Assembly: GCF_018977255.1 (NCBI RefSeq)
Contig: NW_024704742.1
Span: 103,418,001-103,482,000, forward strand
From: Callorhinchus milii
Lineage: Eukaryota
Length of the DNA: 64,000 nt
Reading direction: 5' to 3'
Under the pieces are notes generated by a model that made no database searches, was not told where the DNA came from, and worked only from the letters and a program-made list of their open reading frames with translations. Shown here piece by piece: positions 11,486-23,042 of the stretch (position 1 is the stretch's first letter; every line of letters starts with the position of its first letter). The position numbers were made by a program, and so were the translations under genes.

Positions 11486-13624
11486 ATTAGGGTGAAATTC
11501 CATGGGTCTCACTAGCAAACACAGCATGGACCAGGATGTGAATCAGCAAATTCCTAGTCTGGAAATTGAAGTTCTATCACTAAACCATCAGTACTGCCCC
11601 CCAGGAAGCACCTCTGTTTCTCTCATTCATGGAAAGTCTTTCTCTCTTATAGGGGATTCTTCTCCCCAGTACTAGTCTTCAATCTTCTTTTGTAATGAAT
11701 TTCCTATCAGAGCAGAGGAAGTGCTGTTAGCGGTGCTTCTTATGCATGGTACTGGTGTGTAATAAGCAGGAGTAATCCAATGGCAACCTGATAACCTGGA
11801 GGTCAGCCATTATTTCACACTAATAATGTGAGTTATTGGCTTTATATAGTTCTACATATTCTTCCCACCTCCATTCTCAACTGTGTTGAAACTAAGACTC
11901 ATACTCTAACTGTAGCAAAATGGGGTGAGAAATTCTATCTGAAATGGAAATTCAGTGATTGTTGAATTTGAAGAAACTGCAAAAAGTGAAAACTTTTAAA
12001 GTAGAAGTTTTGTTGGAGGGGAAGCACGAGGCCAGGAAACTGATTCATTTTAAGTGGAAGACGGTAGGGTTGGTGTTCTGGAATAATAAAATCAAATGAG
12101 CTTAAGAGTCTTCTTCACTCGAACATCTCTTGTAATCTTGTGAAAAGGAACTAAAAATGCTGCTCAAAGGAGCAATTCTGACATCCAAATATATCACGTT
12201 CAAAAAGTGCTTCAAAGTAGGACGTAGAATCATGGAAATAAAAGCTGTCAAAGCATGCCTACATCATTGACTGTCCAAATAGATTGGCCAAAGATCTGGA
12301 AACAAACTAGGCACATCCAACAGAAAATTTCATTCAGCATTTTGCTAACAATATCCAACTTGACTGTAGGGGAAGTTTCTAATCCTTTGTTTAGTTAAAG
12401 TCTAACGAAAGCTCCGCCCTCTCACTGGTTTCTGAGAGATGTGCTGTTAGCCTTTTATGAATAATTGCCACATCTGCCATTTGTATATACAACTATGCAC
12501 AATGAAACATTTTGTTACAAATAACACTCCAGAGGTGATATTTAGAGACCAAAAGAGTGAAAATCTAATGTTTTAATGCACATTACTGGTTTCCAGCACT
12601 AGACATAATAATAATAATAATAATAATCCTTGCATCATTGGCTGAAACAAGAAACTGCTGAATGAGATTAAACGAAGCTCAGTTCCCTAATGGTGATTTA
12701 TTTGAAGTTGATGGATTACATTTATCTTAGTTTACACAAAAGCAATCTACGGATCTCTTCAATTATTTTCATTAATTGGAAGACGATGTTTAATATTTTC
12801 TCCTTTATATTCTGTCTCCCCCCCATTGATCAGTAATTACTCCTAGATTTACGGTTTTACAGTAAGACAAAGCCATGTTTCACTGAAAAAATGAATGTGC
12901 ATTGCCAAGAAATTACGTTCATTATTTTTGACAGAACCCAAAGCCCAATGGTGAGGCATTGCCGCCATCGAAACATGAAAAAGCTTTGATATATTTAACT
13001 TGCAATCAGTTTGTTTCCAGGTGGCAAAGGATTATATAGAACTGCCCAACACAAGTCATTAAAAGCAAAAGGAGAATGAATTGCCCCTAGAAATTGTTCA
13101 CTCTGAAGTTAGGCAATAATAATTAATATTTTCCCATGGCTGGTGTCCACCAGTTATGCTCCAGTAGCTTGATTCTACACTAATTTTCCAGGACTCCGGG
13201 GAAGAATTGTACTCAGTTTATTGCACCTAAAATAACTTCCCTCCTGAGTGAATGACATTTGTCTCTGAACCATTGTATCTTTCTATCTCTGATGTAGAGT
13301 TCCACTCTTAACTGTGCAGCATTTCTCCACAGAAACAATTCCCTTACATAAGAGAATAATGACTTAGAAAACAATAGACTCAGAATAAACTACGATTCCA
13401 GGAAAAGGGCATAATGACAATTAGTTTCAATGCTTCTGGGCTGGTGGGGGGATGGGAATAAAAAAAATCAGTCAGCAAGGAATCCTTGAACAAATGTGAA
13501 TGTGTGATAAGATGGGGATAGGATCTAACTTGGTTAATTATATTAAGAAAGTGAAGGTGTTGTGTACACTCTGAGATGAGGAATGTTTAGAGCACAGAAG
13601 ATGAGTTTTGCTTTTCTCGTTTTA

Positions 13625-13965
13625 TCAGCCGGGTGTCTGTCACACGTGGAAACCTGTCACCATGGCACCATGAGGTTGCAAACCAGACTGAGTTCTACAT
13701 ATGCATGCAACCTACGCACGGAAAGTTCCCTGAGTCTGGAATGGAATGCAAATTGACCTCCTGGAGGGATGCATCTTGCACAACTAATTCCAGAGAGTAT
13801 TTGGCGCAGGTTGATGAAAGCTGTGATCAGCAGTGCCTTAGAGTACCACAGAACCATCTGCCTCCGGAAGTGAACTGCACAAACTGCTATAGAGCATTGG
13901 CTCAATTCCAACATTCCATTGCTAAGCACATCTCCTTTGAGTCAGCTCACCCCCAAGGAGACTTA
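13625..13965 (-). mobile_element. Unidentified interspersed retroposon-like repeat (other copies at about 17025, 33310, 39330, 54926)
   Basis: Shares cagccgggtgtctg...ctggagggatg...gagagtatttggc.caggttg with the other copies. Confidence 0.75.
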
Positions 13966-14427
13966 ACTTGCCTCCCTATAAGGACGATAGTAGCTAGTTG
14001 GTTATTTGTCATCTGAGAAATGCACATTTGAGTCCTCATTAGATGGATTGCAGTAAACAGGAACTCCATTCAAGGTGGACAGCACAGCTAAGCATGAAAT
14101 TCATGAGAGCATTGCCACACTCCTGCCCACAGCTCTAAAAACATTACTACCCATTGGGTGGTGATTCCACCTTTTGGAAATGTATAGCTTGAACAGTAGG
14201 CTGCTTACCTCTCTGCCAACCAATCAAAAGGAATATCAAACGTAGATACAGGAGCTAAGCTTGTCCATGGTCGGTTAGCTTGTAATGAAATTTTCCCATT
14301 CTGTGGTCCAAGGTAGGTACATTTAATGATGAGCGGAAAATGTAAAGATTCTCTCACGTACTCAGCTCTCCTCCCGCAGGGTGTAATTTTACCAAAATCA
14401 AAGAATGATTTCTGATTGCCTGGCCAT

Positions 14428-14930
14428 ACAACAACAACTTGCACTTATGTAGGATGATGGCTGGGAGTCCTAAAAGTGGCAGGTTTGGACACTGAACAAA
14501 GAAGAAGAGGAAGGGAAAGTAACCATAGGCACAGTTGAAGAGGTAGGTTTTAAGGTGGGAGTTAAAGACAGATAAAGAGGGGTTCTGGAATACGGATTGA
14601 GACAGGGAGAAAGGCAACACAATACAAATTTACATTTAAATAGCACCTTTCACATCAGGAGGAAATACCAAAGGATATGACATTGTTCGCGGGTACTCAA
14701 GTTGTCCGTGATTACTAAGGGTAGTGGGAAGAGAGAAAGATGCCTGAAAGCCCAGTTAAAGGGGTACACCTTGAGTTGGATCTTGAACAATCTGAGCGAA
14801 GGAGGGAGCGAGTGAGCGATTCAGAAGGACTCTGGATGGAGTTCCAGAGAGCTGGAGCAGAACGGACCCACGAATGAGGCAGAGGTGGAGGAAAGCAGTT
14901 CTGGTCAGGACCACACATGAAGGATGGTCA
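14428..14930 (-). mobile_element. Two adjacent degraded L2 3' fragments
   Basis: (aac)n ttgcact tail, HLKTYLFNCAY motif, a second tail at about 14620, LWNS motif. Confidence 0.6.
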
Positions 14931-15547
14931 ATTGGCAAAATACTGGACATTTACAACTGATCCTGGAATTGTGCATCTGATATCTCCTACGTACAATAAT
15001 TTCAGTTATCCCTCTTTCTCATGATTGCTTATTGAAAGTTTGGAAATAGCCAACTAATTCAAACACCCACATTTCATATAGCTAAGGCTAGATCTCCAGC
15101 GCCATACAAAGTATTATTGAATAAGCTTGAGAAATTAATTTGCCCTCCTTTGAGAAACTAGATTAAGAAGATTCTAATGGGGACATTTGTCGAGAGATCT
15201 GTCCGGAGACTCCAGGGGTTTACAGTGAATGTTGAATTGAATTTGAAGAAAAGGCAAAAAGTGGAAACTTTTAAAGTAGAACTTTTGTTCTTTTGGAAGG
15301 AAATGTGGAATTGCAATTTTCTCATGTAAAACAAGCAAGCACGCCTTGTCCTAGCATCACAAAACCTTTGCCACTTTCCCTCCCCACCTCAATGCGGGGG
15401 AGTGGAGATCTCAGAGTTAACCTACAGATGGGGCAAGTGGAAAGACCCATGGAGTATAGAAGTGGCAGCGCATAACCTACCGAGATCACACAGTAATTGG
15501 AAGTGCCATTAGTGTGTAGAGACTGCTAAGAAAGTGAGAAGGGTTTG

Positions 15548-15917
15548 TGTGTCAGCCTGGCTCAATAGACTCTTGCCTTTAAGTCAGAAGGTTGTGGGAG
15601 TTATGCATTTGAACTTTGAGCTCATAGAGTCTAGCCTGAAACTCAAATGTTGTGCTGCATTGTTGCACGTGCCATCCTTTGAATGAGATGATAAATCAAC
15701 GTCATGTCTGCCTTTTCAGGTGGGTGTTAAAGATCCCATGTCGCTTTCAAAAAGAGAGGGGAGTTTCTCCTGGTCTCTTGGCCAACCATCCCCCAAACCA
15801 AATTGGTCATTCATTTCATAAGTGTTTGTGAGACATCACTGTGCACAAATTGGTTGCTGGGCTCATCTACAAAATGAACACGTAAAAGGCACTATATTAA
15901 ATCTTAGGATAATTATA
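15548..15917 (+). mobile_element. Near full-length Deu-domain SINE
   Basis: tRNA-like head tcagcctggctca...gtcagaaggttgtggg, Deu core gtgctgcattg...gttaaagatcccatg, shared tail. Confidence 0.75.
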
Positions 15918-16270
15918 TGATTGAGTACAGGGGATAAGGGAGGCTTCATTCCAACCTATGAATTTATGTATTTTATGGAAATTCATCAGAAGTATTTATT
16001 ATTATGCAAGATTTGGAAAATTTGTATTCAGATAAGTTTTTTCAATGTGTACAAAATTCAAGAACAGAGGGTCATTTCTTCAAAATAAACACAACTGATG
16101 GGAATACAAATGTAGAAGAATATTTTTATTAGAAAAATCATAGTCATGTGAAACAAACTCTCAGGACAGGTGGTGGACCACAAAACTTCACTGCAAAGAG
16201 TTTCAAAAAGGATTTAGAAAGCTCCTGTTAACTGAAAGGTTTCAGGGTTATTGGATTTAGAGACAGAATT

Positions 16271-16525
16271 ATAATAATAATCCTTGCATTTGATATAGCG
16301 CTTTTCACATCGGGAGGACGTCCCAAAGCGCTTCACAGAACACACTGTAAAGTGAATTGACTGTATATTTGTGGGCAAACGCGGCAGCCAATTGAGCACA
16401 GCAATGTCCCACAAACAGTCGTAGATTGAAAATGACCAATTTATTATTGTTTTAGGTTTTGGAGGGATTATTATTAGGCGTGTGGAGTAAGGAAACTTGC
16501 CCAAGGTTTCGCCCTGCCTGGAATT
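16271..16525 (-). mobile_element. tRNA-derived SINE, short form, head truncated
   Basis: Near-identical to the 18102-18421 copy. Confidence 0.9.
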
Positions 16526-17024
16526 ATGGAAGAAAACTGTGGGGAATTGGGGTAGACTAAAATGGATCTGCCTGAAATAGTCACTATGTTACTAATGCAA
16601 AGATTATATTTGCTGAAATGTGTCTTACTGCTCAGTGGAATTAGGTTAGACGTTTTCATTCACCAACAGAAAATCAATTAGAACAACGAATAAATGCCAC
16701 TTGGTTCATTTCCAAATAGTAAAGCTGTTCAATTTGCATGGATCTATTGGATAGCTCAATTTACCCACTGGCACTAATTTTTTCAGAAAGGAAGCCTCCA
16801 ATTATACATTATTAACAGGTCGTGAACAGTCCAAATCCCTTTAACAAATACATCCAAATTCTGCTCAAGAACGTTTGTGTATTAAACGGACCATTTCTAA
16901 CTTTTACAATGTCAACACCGAATGACTAATTAGTAATGCTTGTATTAAATTAAGATCTGAATTCTGCAAGGTTTGGTATTCTGCAAAGGAATAAATTAAG
17001 GGTTATTCTGAAGTTTTTAGGGGT

Positions 17025-17280
17025 TCAGCCAGGTGTCTGATAAATGTGGGAAATCTATCACCATGCTTAAAGAGTATCAAAAGTAAACTTGAGAATTCCA
17101 CATATGCATGCCACCTACACATGGAAATTCCTGTGTCTAGAATGGAATACACACTCCCTCCCTGGAGGGATGAACCCTGGTTACCTTATTCCGGAGAGTA
17201 TTTGGCACAGGTTGGCAAGATCAAGGCTTGGGGATCCCAGTGTGTCTGTTGCAGTTTAACCAGCTAAAACCACACAGCTT
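17025..17280 (-). mobile_element. Unidentified retroposon-like repeat copy
   Basis: Aligns by eye with the 13625 and 39330 copies. Confidence 0.75.
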
Positions 17281-18101
17281 ATCATTTAAAACATGTCTGA
17301 CAAACTGAATTATTCTGAAGTGGTATCATATTTCATAGTATAATAAAAATTAGAAAAATCAACAATGATCCCTTGAGCCTATGCTGTCATTTACCTGTTC
17401 CTCCAATGAAGACAATTAGTCTAATCTCAATTCTCTGTTCTTTCACTATACCCTTTTATATTGTTCCACTCTAAATACTTATCCAATGATCTTTCGCTTC
17501 ATGGGTGTTATAGTCTCAATTTCAGTAGATACTTGTGGAGAAATATTCCCTCTTATATCCATAGACTGCAAAGCACAGAAAGTCATTTGACCGGACTTGT
17601 CCATGCCAGTGTTTATACTTCACGTGAGCCTCATCTTCTAAGCCATCGCCCATATCATTCTATTCCTTTCTCCTTCATTAATGTTCTAATAACTCTCAGT
17701 ATTTTCATTCCATCCTTATCTCTTCTCTTAAAAATCCGAAGCTTATGTCTCCTTGATACTGATACACTAACAAGTGAGAATAATATTATAATCTTTCACT
17801 ATGTGAAAAATCTCAAAATCTTTAAAAATTTGAAGACATCCTCTCTTAATCATTCCTGGCATATGTGGTTAATGCTGAGCACTGGTAATTTAAACCTCAG
17901 GAAGTTACTCTCAGTAGACAAACAATATAAAGTCAATTCATTTTACAGTATATTCTGTGAAGCGCTTTGAGACATCCTCCTGACATGAAAAGTGCTGTAT
18001 CAAATGTAAGGGTTGTGATGATGATTATTATTATTAATGAGACAAGGCAAAGATAACAAGAAATTCATGTTTAGAAACAGAATGAATTGTAGGAACATGG
18101 G

Positions 18102-18421
18102 ATAATAATAATAATAATCCTTGGATTTGGTCTAGAGCTTTTCACGTCGGGAGGACATCCCAAAGCGCTTCACAGAACACACTGTAAAGTGAATCGACTG
18201 TATATTTGTGGGCGAAAACGCGGCAGCCAATTGCGCACAGCAGTGTCCCACAAACAGTCGTAGATTGAAAATGACCAATTTATTATTGTTTTGTTTTTTG
18301 GAGGGATTATTATTAGACGTGTGGAATAAGGAAACTTGCCCAAGGTTTCGCCCTGCCTGGAATTGAACTCAGGTCTCTCGCTTGCAAAGCGAGTGCTCTA
18401 ACCACTGAGCTACAGGACTCC
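18102..18421 (-). mobile_element. tRNA-derived SINE, short form, full length
   Basis: Complete head through (att)n tail. Confidence 0.93.
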
Positions 18422-18670
18422 GGGATGAAAAGATAGCTCAAGTGAACTCTGGTGGTGAATTCAATTCCTACAAACAGAGGTGGACGGGGTTATAAATAGA
18501 GCAATATATATGTTGTATGACAGGCTCAAGCAGATCATAGGAATAAGTACAGAACTAACAACAATAGATTTAAGGACTTCAAGTTCTCCAAAGTCTGTGT
18601 AAATCATGCCCCTATGCTTACCACAAAAATCAATATACAAGATAGAGATCATCACCTGATTACAGTTTGT

Positions 18671-18970
18671 GGAGTCCTGTAGCTCAGTGGTTAGAGCACT
18701 CGCTTTGCGAGCGATAGACCTGAATTCAATTCCAGGCAGGGCAAAACCTTGGGCAAGTTTCCTTACTCCACACAGAGCCTAATAATAATCCCTCCAAAAC
18801 CAAAAACAATAATAAATTGGTCATTTTCAATCCACGACTGTTTGTGGGACATTGCTGTGCGCAATTGGCTGCCGCGGTCACCCACAAATATACAGTCAAT
18901 TCACTTTACAGTGTGTTCTGTGAAGCGCTTTGAGACGTCCTCCCGACGTGAAAAGCGCTATATCAAATGC
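18671..18970 (+). mobile_element. tRNA-derived SINE, short form, terminal repeat missing
   Basis: ggagtcctgtagctcagtggttagagc head; ends at tatcaaatgc. Confidence 0.93.
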
Positions 18971-19369
18971 CACTGAAATTAGTCATTTGGTTATCGAGGT
19001 TGTCTTGAAGCCACTAAAGCTGATCCCTATTGCTATGTAATACACAGCTGCACTATCTATGCTGTACATTACGAGAACAATGTGTGAATGTCCGAGCATT
19101 TGTTGTAAATGAAGAATAATTGCCACAAATAAAAGAAATTAAAAATGGTTAGTCTGTAAAGAAACAAAAAATATTACCAACAGACAACTGATTACCAATA
19201 TTTATTTTTAATCGAGATGATTGCCAAGAGGATCTTAAATGACACCAGGCTCAGAAGGTCAAAAGACAAATTAGAAGATAAAACTGGTGCAACCTTCTAT
19301 TGTATATCCATCAGCATTCATCTGCAAATCTTAAGTTCTATATTCCTACAACAGACGTCCGAGCCAAAT

Positions 19370-19605
19370 TGTTGCATATTGCTTTAAGGCTAAATCGGCA
19401 ATTGGATATTCACCAATAATATTCACCAAGCAGGAAGCATAAAAGGGACTGGGCAGGGTGTTGACATGTATGGCTGAAATAAAGGAGTTATTGAAGTTAA
19501 ACTGTATTCTGCACTGGCAAATAATAATAATAATCCAGTGCCTTGGGATGTTCTCCTGATGTGAAAGGTGCTATACAAAGGTAATCTTGTTGTTGTTGTA
19601 ATACA
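19370..19605 (+). repeat. Gypsy 5' LTR containing a roughly 65-nt L2-tail insertion (about 19535-19598)
   Basis: TG...CA; matches the 3' LTR except for the inserted ccttgggatgttctcctgatgtgaaagg...(ttg)n. Confidence 0.85.
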
Positions 19606-19618
19606 TGGTGTCAGAAGT
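19606..19618 (+). promoter_or_regulatory. Primer binding site, tRNA-Leu
   Basis: TGGTGTCAGAAGT directly after the LTR is complementary to the 3' end of vertebrate tRNA-Leu(CAA). Confidence 0.85.
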
Positions 19619-21179
19619 AAAAATGGAAACTGGAGTGAAACGGACTATGAGATTGGATACGGATTGAAAAGTAAAATGAAGAGAGAAGCAGAATTGAGTG
19701 CCGCATCAAGGCATATGCAGGTACCAAGACCACTGAAGTTGGTTGGAAGTTTACGGCACAATTGGCAACGGTTTGAAAGAGACCTTAAAATGATCAGAAT
19801 AGCATCAAATTTAATGAAACTGATGCAGAGACAGCAGTCTGCAATCTTTGAATGTGTCAGGCGAGAAAGCAGGGGAATATTTTGCAACTCTAGAGAGAGC
19901 TGGACATGCCAGTGGAGGAGATGATGACTATTATGATGGAAGATGCTGTGGGAAAAATAATGTAATAATTGACTGAGTTCAGTTTGGAACAAGAAAGCAG
20001 GGACCATAGAATCATTCAATCAGTACTGTGTGGTACTAAGATCCCGAAGTAAAAGTTGCAATTACAGAACATTAAGAGAGGAAATGATACGGGACCAGAT
20101 TGTAGTTAGCATAAAAGATAGTAGATTACGAGGAAAGCTTTTGAAAAATGTGACCTAACATTACAATCCTCAAAGGAGATAATAAGGATTGAAGTAGTGA
20201 CAAAAAAAAATAAGACATGGAGAGAGACACAGAAATGGAAACAGATGAACTAGGCAATAGGAATTTAGAATGATACAGATGAAGAGTATGGAGTGCAGAG
20301 AATACACAGGCCAAGAGGGAGGCCAAATAGAATGAACAAATGTGTCAAATGCAGATTAGAAGATCCTATGAGATGTCCCACAGAAGGAAAAGAATGCTAT
20401 AAATGCAAAAGATATGGGTATTATGCAAGATTATCCAGGAATACACAAGAAGAATTTGTGAAGAGATATAAAGCACAGGAGAAAAGTCAAACAGAAAGAA
20501 GAGAATACAAGAGGCCAAATCACCTGAGGAGAACCAGAATCGGGCAAATTAAATCACGGAAATATGAAAGGAGAGACAGCTTGGATATAGAATCCAGAGA
20601 AAGTGAACAAGAAAAGTATATAATTGAAGCAGTGGAACTCATAAAGAGAGTACACACAAAATAATAATAAGAAAATTAGTGGATTGTATATCTATGGTGT
20701 AAAAAAAGTAAGGAAAGTCATTCAGTGCAAATTAGATCAGAGAGGGTGGGAGTAGGGGATTGGCCAAAACTGATGAGACAGATGAAGATATGGAGTGTAG
20801 AGTAATGGCATGGGAAGAATATACAAAAATTGGGAGAATCAAATAAGGAAAAAATAGAAAAGGGGAAAGGTAAACTATTGGTATATAATAAAGGAGAAAT
20901 TGAAACACGGTAGAGTAGAGATAGAAGTGATCTACAAAGGGAGACAATATAGAATAAAATTCTACATTGTAAACATAAAAGCTAATACTGAATTAAGATT
21001 GGAAGATATAATAAAAATGGGAATGTTAAAACGAATTGGGAACATTGAAATAGAAGAAAGTGAACCAATAATATGAAAAAATAGTAGGAAAATATAAACA
21101 GGTGTTCAGAAAGAGAGGATTAATGACAGGAAATTACACAATGAGGTTAGAAGAGACAGTAGCACCAGTAATTCAGCCT

Positions 21180-22755
21180 GTCTCCCCCTCCTCTCTCACC
21201 ACCACTATAACCTGCATGAAGCCCACCACCTGCTCCCTCGATCCCATCCCTACCCCTCTCCTTACCCCCCACCTCCATTGCCCTAAAAACAGCCGTCATC
21301 ATCCCTATCCGAAAAAAAAACCTTCCCTGGACCCATCCCTGCTCACTAACTACCGCCCCGTCTTCAACCACCCTTTGTTTTCCAAGGTCCTTGAAAGAGT
21401 TGTTGCTTCCCAGCTTCACTCCTTCCTCTCCTACCACCCCCTTTACGAACCCCTTCAATCGGGAATCCGTGCTGCCCACAGCACGGAAACAACCCTGGTC
21501 AAGGTGACAAATGACATTCTGTCCATCTATGATGAGGGCTCCCTCTGTCTCCTCGTCCTCTCTGCTGCCTTTGACACTGTGGACCACTCTATCCTCCTCC
21601 TCCAGCTCTCCTCTCAACCTTCAAGGTTCTGTGCTCGAATGGTTCATATCCTATCTCTCACACCGGCTCCACCTTATCTCCACAAATGGCTTCGCCTCCA
21701 GCCCTCACACGGTCTTGTGCGGTATTCCTCAAGGTTCTGTCCTCAGTCCTCTCCTTTTCAGCTTCTTCATGCTCCCTCTTGGTGACATCATCTGCAGACA
21801 TGGGGTCAACTTCCACATGTACGTGGATGACACCCAATTCTGTCTCTTCACCTCCACCCTCAATTCCAGGACCACTGCTGTCCTGACAGGCTGTCTGTCA
21901 GACATCAAGTCCTGGATGAGAGCCAACTTTCTACAGTTGAACATCAGCAAGACCAATGCTCTCCCGATTGGCTTGTGCCAGTGCCTCTGTATCTCAGGTA
22001 CTGGCAGCATCAGAATCCAAGGATGCACACTCCACCTCACCAAGCCATCAGGAACCTAGGCGTCTTGTTCAGCCCTCAATTGTCCTTTCTCCCCCACATG
22101 CATGCCATGACCCGCTCTTCATCCCCCACCTCCACAACATTGGCCAATTTCGCTACTGCCTCATCCCTCAGGCCGCTGAAACCATCATACATGCCTTCAT
22201 TACAACCAGGCTCAACTATGCCAACACCCTCCTTGTCTGCTTTCCCAATTCTTCCCTCCACAAGCTGTAGATCATCCAGAACTCTGCAGCTCATGTCCTC
22301 TCTCGCACCAGGCTCTGTGATCCCATCACACTCACCCGGCTCCACTGGCTCCCCATCTCTCTGGATCGAATTCAAAATTCTCGTGCTCACCTTCAAGGCC
22401 CACAATGACCTTTTCCCTTCCTACCTCTCTGACCTGCTAACCCCTTATCAACCTGTCTGCTCTCTCCGCTCAGCAGGCTCCGGCCTGCTCCATATCCCCC
22501 GCCCAATCCACCCCACTATCAGCAGTCGGGCCTTCAGCCTCTCTGATCTCGCCATCTGGAACTCCATTCCACATTCCCTTTGTCTCGTTCCCTCCCTTGC
22601 CTCCTTCAAGGCACACCTCAAGATCCTCCTCTTCGATCATGCCTTCGGCCACACCCCTACCCCCATCCTACACCCTCCCTGATCCCAACTCCTGACTGTT
22701 CAGCCACTTGGAACATCCTCCTGACATGAAAGGCCCTTTAAAAATGTAATTTTGT
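21180..22755 (+). mobile_element. L2 LINE RT fragment inserted into Gypsy pol
   Basis: [46 protein letters not shown] and MYVDDTQ motifs; tail at about 22710-22755. Confidence 0.92.
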
Positions 22756-23042
22756 ATTAGATTAAGGAGAGTACCAGAGGCAATGAAAAAAAGACTGAAA
22801 GAAAAATTAGACCAAGTGGAAGGGGAGCAAATTATAAAAAAAGTAGACAAACCCACTGAGTGGTGAGTGCAATGGTAACCATAGAGAAACCAGACAAATT
22901 ATTAAGGATATGTTTAGATCCACAACACTTAAACAGGGCTGTAAAAAGGGGGCATTATGCGATTCCCATTTTAGAAGATGTGCATGCTTTACTACATGTA
23001 GTTAGTTACTTCTCAATATTAGATTGCTCCTCAGGGTATTGA

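Noticed and set aside
18749..18976. Recurrent peptide [21 protein letters not shown] in several ORFs
   Set aside because: It is a translation of the SINE body, not a protein family.
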